A stretch of DNA of 64,000 bases from the NCBI GenBank assembly GCA_015055515.1, contig SVIC01000003.1:15435-79434 (forward strand). The letters run 5' to 3'. This DNA is from Clostridiales bacterium. Its GTDB lineage: Bacteria > Bacillota > Clostridia > Christensenellales > UBA1242. Positions 59,750 through 64,000 of the stretch are shown piece after piece. A program made the position numbers and the translations under genes. The notes under the pieces were generated by a model, which ran no database searches, was not told the DNA's origin, and saw only the letters and a program-made list of their open reading frames with translations. The first letter of the stretch is position 1, and each line of letters opens with the position of its first letter.

Positions 59750-61525
59750 ATGAAAAATAGAAAAACAAAAGAAAAGAAAAATACATATTATTTTTTCAAA
59801 TCACTAGGCTATATTAAGCCATACAAAAGTAAAGCAATCATGTGTATTATTAGTTGTGCATTATTTGCAGGACTAAGTGTTTTTGTACCAATATATACAG
59901 AAAAGACACTGACTGCTTTTACAAGTGGCGATGGAACTGGACTACTAATTAGTGCTAGCCTACTACTATTATTCCAAGTTCTTAGTTCTCTATCTCACCT
60001 ACTACTATGGGGAAACGCTGCAGACAAATTAAAAGCAAGCATATCAAAAGATATAAGATATAACACACTAGATAGTATCTTAAAATTAAAGACTAAGAAT
60101 TTTGACTTATACGGAAGTGGCAGATTGGTCCAAGTAATATCTTCTGACACTAATTCGTTAGCATCAATCTACAACTCTCTAGTAGATGTATTCATGTCCA
60201 TCCTTAGCAATTTCGCCATTGTAATATACATATTTGCCAGCAACGTATTCTTAGGGTTATATTGTATTGTTGAATTCGCAGTAGTTGCATTAATATTCAG
60301 AATTAGATTAAAAATTAGACTAAAAGACCAAATTGAGCAAAAGAAAACAATGGATAAAAATACCAGTCTTGTAATGGAAACAATCAAAGGTGTAAGAGAT
60401 ATAAAGAACTACAATATACACGATTCTGTAATGGAAAAAGCAAACGAGTCACTTACCGCCCTACAAAACATTGAAGGAAAATTTGGTAGTAAACAATATA
60501 AATTATATAGAGCATCAATTATACTAAAAAATATTATGGCATTCCTATTTATTCCACTTGCACTATTCTTAATACGATTAGAAATGGCGACATTTGCAGT
60601 AGCATTCACTATATTTGTATTCCGTAATTCAATAACATCTCTTATAGATTGGTTCATGATGAGCTGGGAATACTTCAAAGATGGAGGAATGTATGCAAAA
60701 AGAATATTCGATGTTCTAAATGGATATGAAGAAGGATTTGAGAAATTCCCTAAGAAAGACAATTTCAAAGCTTTGCCAGAGAACATTGATATTGATTTTC
60801 AAAACTTAAACTTTTCATACAACGGAGTAGATAAAGTGCTAAACGACTTCACTCTGCACGTAGAACATGGCACAAAGATAGCCTTTGTTAGTGCTAGTGG
60901 CGGTGGCAAAAGTACGCTATTAAAACTAATTAATAAGACATACGATGTAGATAGAGGACAAATATTTATTGGCGGACAAGATATATGTGACTTCTCAAAA
61001 GAAACCCTAAGGAATATAATAACTATTGTGCCTCAAGAGCCGTACATATTTAATTTCTCCATATTAGACAACCTAAAAATAATTAAGCCAGACGCAACAA
61101 AAGAAGAAATAGAAGATGCTTGCAAAAAAGCCCAAATACATGACTACATAATGTCTCTACCTAAGAAATATAACACAATGCTGGGCGAAGGCGGATCTAG
61201 ATTCTCTGGCGGACAAAAACAAAGATTGTCTATCGCCAGAGCATTATTAAAAGACAGTCCAATACTAATATTCGACGAAGCCACTAGTGCCCTTGATAAC
61301 GAAAACCAAAATGCAGTAAAAGAAGTCGTTGACAATATTGGCAACGATAAAATTGTAATCACTGTTGCGCATAGACTATCAACCATTGTCGATGCAGACA
61401 AGATATATTTTATGAAAAACGGTCAAATTGTCGCTGGAGGCACTCATAGAGAAATGTTAAAGACTTGCGAAGAATACAAGTGCTTATATCGATATGAGAA
61501 TGCAGTAGCAGAAGATAATGAGTAA
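59750..61525 (+). CDS. ABC exporter half-transporter (N-terminal 6-TM domain plus C-terminal ATPase; MsbA/multidrug type)
   Basis: The 591-aa protein has Walker A SASGGGKST, signature FSGGQKQRLSIARAL and Walker B ILIFDEATSALD. Confidence 0.9.
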   Translation: MKNRKTKEKKNTYYFFKSLGYIKPYKSKAIMCIISCALFAGLSVFVPIYTEKTLTAFTSGDGTGLLISASLLLLFQVLSSLSHLLLWGNAADKLKASISKDIRYNTLDSILKLKTKNFDLYGSGRLVQVISSDTNSLASIYNSLVDVFMSILSNFAIVIYIFASNVFLGLYCIVEFAVVALIFRIRLKIRLKDQIEQKKTMDKNTSLVMETIKGVRDIKNYNIHDSVMEKANESLTALQNIEGKFGSKQYKLYRASIILKNIMAFLFIPLALFLIRLEMATFAVAFTIFVFRNSITSLIDWFMMSWEYFKDGGMYAKRIFDVLNGYEEGFEKFPKKDNFKALPENIDIDFQNLNFSYNGVDKVLNDFTLHVEHGTKIAFVSASGGGKSTLLKLINKTYDVDRGQIFIGGQDICDFSKETLRNIITIVPQEPYIFNFSILDNLKIIKPDATKEEIEDACKKAQIHDYIMSLPKKYNTMLGEGGSRFSGGQKQRLSIARALLKDSPILIFDEATSALDNENQNAVKEVVDNIGNDKIVITVAHRLSTIVDADKIYFMKNGQIVAGGTHREMLKTCEEYKCLYRYENAVAEDNE

Positions 61526-61568
61526 AAAAAATCTTAAGCAGGAAATTATCCTTGCTTAAGATTTTTTT
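61524..61568. terminator. Bidirectional terminator between the ABC exporter and the convergent dnaI-like gene
   Basis: The sequence is A8-ATCTTAAGCAGG-aaattat-CCTTGCTTAAGAT-T7. The right arm overlaps the last codons of the dnaI-like gene. Confidence 0.7.
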
Positions 61569-62490
61569 GTCTTAGATCTCTACCATCTATCATTATAGTA
61601 AGTGATACATTGTTATCAAGTAGCCTACTACACAGTCTATAATCATATCTCTCCCTAATCTCATCAAGAGTCAGATTTGATGTGATAACAGTCTTCTTCG
61701 ATGCCAGGTTTCTCTCGTTGATCAGCATTATCAGCATTGGTATTGTTACATTATTCAGCATTTGCTCACAACCTAGATCATCTATACATAGCATTTCACA
61801 CTCCAACAGTGGTGCAATTATACTATTCTTCTCTGCCATGTTAGCGGTATGATAATTTAGAAAAGTCTGATTTAGCTTGAACGCTGACAGATATATAACA
61901 TATCTATGATTATCCAAAGCAAAATTTGCCATACATTCCATAAGGTGTGTTTTACCTACGCCTACCCCACCTAAGATAGTAAAATTATTATACTTAGTAA
62001 TATCAATCTTCTCTACAAATTTCTTTGCCCTGTCGTATACTTGCCTCATATAATCAGGATTGTCAAATATATCATAATTCACATTATCAAATGATGCCTC
62101 TACTTCTCTAGACCCATCAACGCTCATAATGTTACTTGTGGCTCTGGCATTGACACAATCGCATATTCCATTACCCTTCATACCAGTGTCTTTACACTCT
62201 TTGCACCAATATTTTGGCACAAAATCTGCCACATTAAAATTATTCTTTTTTAATAGTTTTAATAGTTTTTCTCTGGTTTTTTCCACCTTATCTGATTGCT
62301 TTGCAATATCTTTTCCTTCCAGTTCCATTACTGCAATGTCTCTCTTCATATCCTTGATATTGTCATACAATTCTTTTATTTCTTCAATCTCTAAAGCACT
62401 TAACAACTTCTCATCAGCAATTCTCTCTACCTTGGATTTGTGTGCTTTGATTTCATCTATTGCCATCTGTTGTATTTGATAATAATTCAT
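61546..62490 (-). CDS. DnaC/DnaI-like AAA+ helicase loader
   Basis: The protein has Walker A GGVGVGKTHL, Walker B LCIDDLG and an N-terminal Cys cluster CKECKDTGMKGNGICDC. The start is at ATG 62490 (GGAGAT RBS within the end of the upstream gene). Confidence 0.8.
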   Translation of the reverse strand: MNYYQIQQMAIDEIKAHKSKVERIADEKLLSALEIEEIKELYDNIKDMKRDIAVMELEGKDIAKQSDKVEKTREKLLKLLKKNNFNVADFVPKYWCKECKDTGMKGNGICDCVNARATSNIMSVDGSREVEASFDNVNYDIFDNPDYMRQVYDRAKKFVEKIDITKYNNFTILGGVGVGKTHLMECMANFALDNHRYVIYLSAFKLNQTFLNYHTANMAEKNSIIAPLLECEMLCIDDLGCEQMLNNVTIPMLIMLINERNLASKKTVITSNLTLDEIRERYDYRLCSRLLDNNVSLTIMIDGRDLRQKNLKQG

Positions 62491-62491
62491 A

Positions 62492-63943
62492 TTATATCTC
62501 CACTTCAAATAGATTATTGATTAGGCTATTTAACTGCGTCTTGGAATATTCTGTACCCTTGGCCTTTTCTGCCGTAGGCTTAGGATTAGAATATGGCTTC
62601 TTATCTGAAAGCATTGACTTCGCCTCTTCCACTGTTGTAATCTTCTTGGAATAAAATGAAGATAACAATTTGTTCATATATTGCATAGGCATAGACATTC
62701 CCACACTCTTCTCTATTGCAAAATCTATCAGTTCTTCGCTAATACCCCATGTATACAGCCATACCCTATACATATTTCTATCACTACTATTTACGCACCT
62801 ATCTAGTGCAAGTTTTCCAAGGATAACCTGTATACTCTCATCATCTTTTGCTAAATCATACAGATACTCATCAATAGCGTCAGATGTAAGTAGGCCAAGC
62901 TTGAACAATTGATTCATCTTACCATTCATACCCTCTAGCGTTCTAATACTGAACTTAAAGCAATAATTTGCCAATTTTATAATAGCGTCTGGCTCAAACC
63001 CTAGATTAATCCAAGGCGCAATATAATTATCTACAACAGTCTCTACGCTATCATACCTTAAGCCCAGCCCTTTGCATGTAGTTCTAGCCAAATCATATAG
63101 GGAATCTAGGTTATTGAAATAATCATCAATCTCTTGTGTAGTATTTAGCTTTAGAGTATAACACTTGCCAACCAACGCGTCTAGTTTATTAAATCCCGCA
63201 CCCTTGGCCTTGGCTTTCTTTGCTAAGTGCACAATTATATCTTGTTGCATCTCAAGATTGTTCTTCCACTCTAAGAACAATCTATATTCTTCTTCACTAG
63301 CTCTTCTTCTAATACCAAGTGTCTTAAGAACAAGACTGATATCTTCGCCATTTCTAGCCAAATCCATTAGCCTCTCTTCTACCTGATCACATGTAAGTAT
63401 TCCATCAAATATCCAATTCTTTGCCACTGTCAAAATATAACTAGATGCTATATTCGCCCCTTTCATATCAACGCAATATTTTATAATCATAATTAGCGCA
63501 TCTGGCTCTATCTTCTTATTCTCAATTAAGTAATAATACTCCTGGTACTCTGATGGCGAAATCATCCTTTTTTCCAACAATTCTTGTGCCTTAATATTAA
63601 ATGACTGGTATTTATCAGGATTAAACTTCTTTAACTGTGATGTAGCATTCTTAATAGGCAAATATCTTACTTCTAGAGGGTCTTTTGTAATTATATTAAC
63701 TAGATTTAATTCTTCCCAGTACATAAATGCACTAATTACATCATCCTCTGTATAATTCAACGCCTTAGAAATATCTGATAGATTATTATCAAGACTCTCT
63801 GGATTGTTGCACTTGTATAATCCATACAAGTATACCTTAACGCAGTTCTCGGGTGCATTCAACATAAAATCATTGATAAATACGTTCTCTATACTAGTCT
63901 GATTCTTGGAAATATATTCCGATGAATATTTACAACAACTCAT
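62492..63943 (-). CDS. DnaD/DnaB-type replication initiation (helicase-loading) protein
   Basis: The 483-aa helical protein lies directly upstream of, and is translationally coupled to, the loader gene, as with Bacillus dnaB-dnaI. It has repeated DnaD-like segments. The start is at ATG 63943 (GGAGGG RBS). The family call is by context and general pattern only. Confidence 0.55.
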   Translation of the reverse strand: MSCCKYSSEYISKNQTSIENVFINDFMLNAPENCVKVYLYGLYKCNNPESLDNNLSDISKALNYTEDDVISAFMYWEELNLVNIITKDPLEVRYLPIKNATSQLKKFNPDKYQSFNIKAQELLEKRMISPSEYQEYYYLIENKKIEPDALIMIIKYCVDMKGANIASSYILTVAKNWIFDGILTCDQVEERLMDLARNGEDISLVLKTLGIRRRASEEEYRLFLEWKNNLEMQQDIIVHLAKKAKAKGAGFNKLDALVGKCYTLKLNTTQEIDDYFNNLDSLYDLARTTCKGLGLRYDSVETVVDNYIAPWINLGFEPDAIIKLANYCFKFSIRTLEGMNGKMNQLFKLGLLTSDAIDEYLYDLAKDDESIQVILGKLALDRCVNSSDRNMYRVWLYTWGISEELIDFAIEKSVGMSMPMQYMNKLLSSFYSKKITTVEEAKSMLSDKKPYSNPKPTAEKAKGTEYSKTQLNSLINNLFEVEI

Positions 63944-64000
63944 ATTTATGCCCTCCAACTACATTACTTTATGTGCATATTATACATTATCCTCTTAAAT

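Overview
The window is a visibly AT-rich chromosomal segment that uses the standard genetic code (Trp is TGG, and sigE ends in TGA). Gene content and Bacillus/Clostridium-type synteny point to an endospore-forming Firmicute: pgsA-cinA-recA, rimO, ftsK/spoIIIE, spoIIGA-sigE, iscR-iscS-iscU, mscL, cls, gap, fba, comM-dprA-topA-trmFO-hslV-hslU-dut, gltX, spoIIID, rsmD, alr, and a dnaB/dnaD-like gene followed by a dnaI-like gene. I count about 50 protein genes. Most are on the - strand and tightly packed, often with overlapping stop/start codons or an RBS inside the upstream gene. There are two intact tRNAs, Ala-UGC and Ile-GAU. I saw no transposase, integrase, phage or CRISPR genes. Five things stand out. 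(1) An 11.8-kb single ORF (25477..37242) encodes a 3,921-aa protein with a signal peptide, a C-terminal TM anchor and no motif I can place; it converges on a 675-aa lipoprotein gene. (2) The tRNA locus at 15011..15645 is scrambled: the intact tRNA-Ile sits among a near-identical 172-bp tandem repeat, four copies of its 3' terminal 23-mer, two interrupted tRNA-Ile relics and inverted anticodon-arm fragments. (3) A G11 tract lies inside the spacer of a candidate promoter (459..490) for a surface-protein gene, which is the classical phase-variation geometry. (4) A Rho paralog has degenerate Walker A and B positions. (5) An internally duplicated permease-like gene is followed by two P-II-like genes. 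All family calls come from motif and synteny recognition by eye. No database, HMM, folding or tRNA-scanning software was run.
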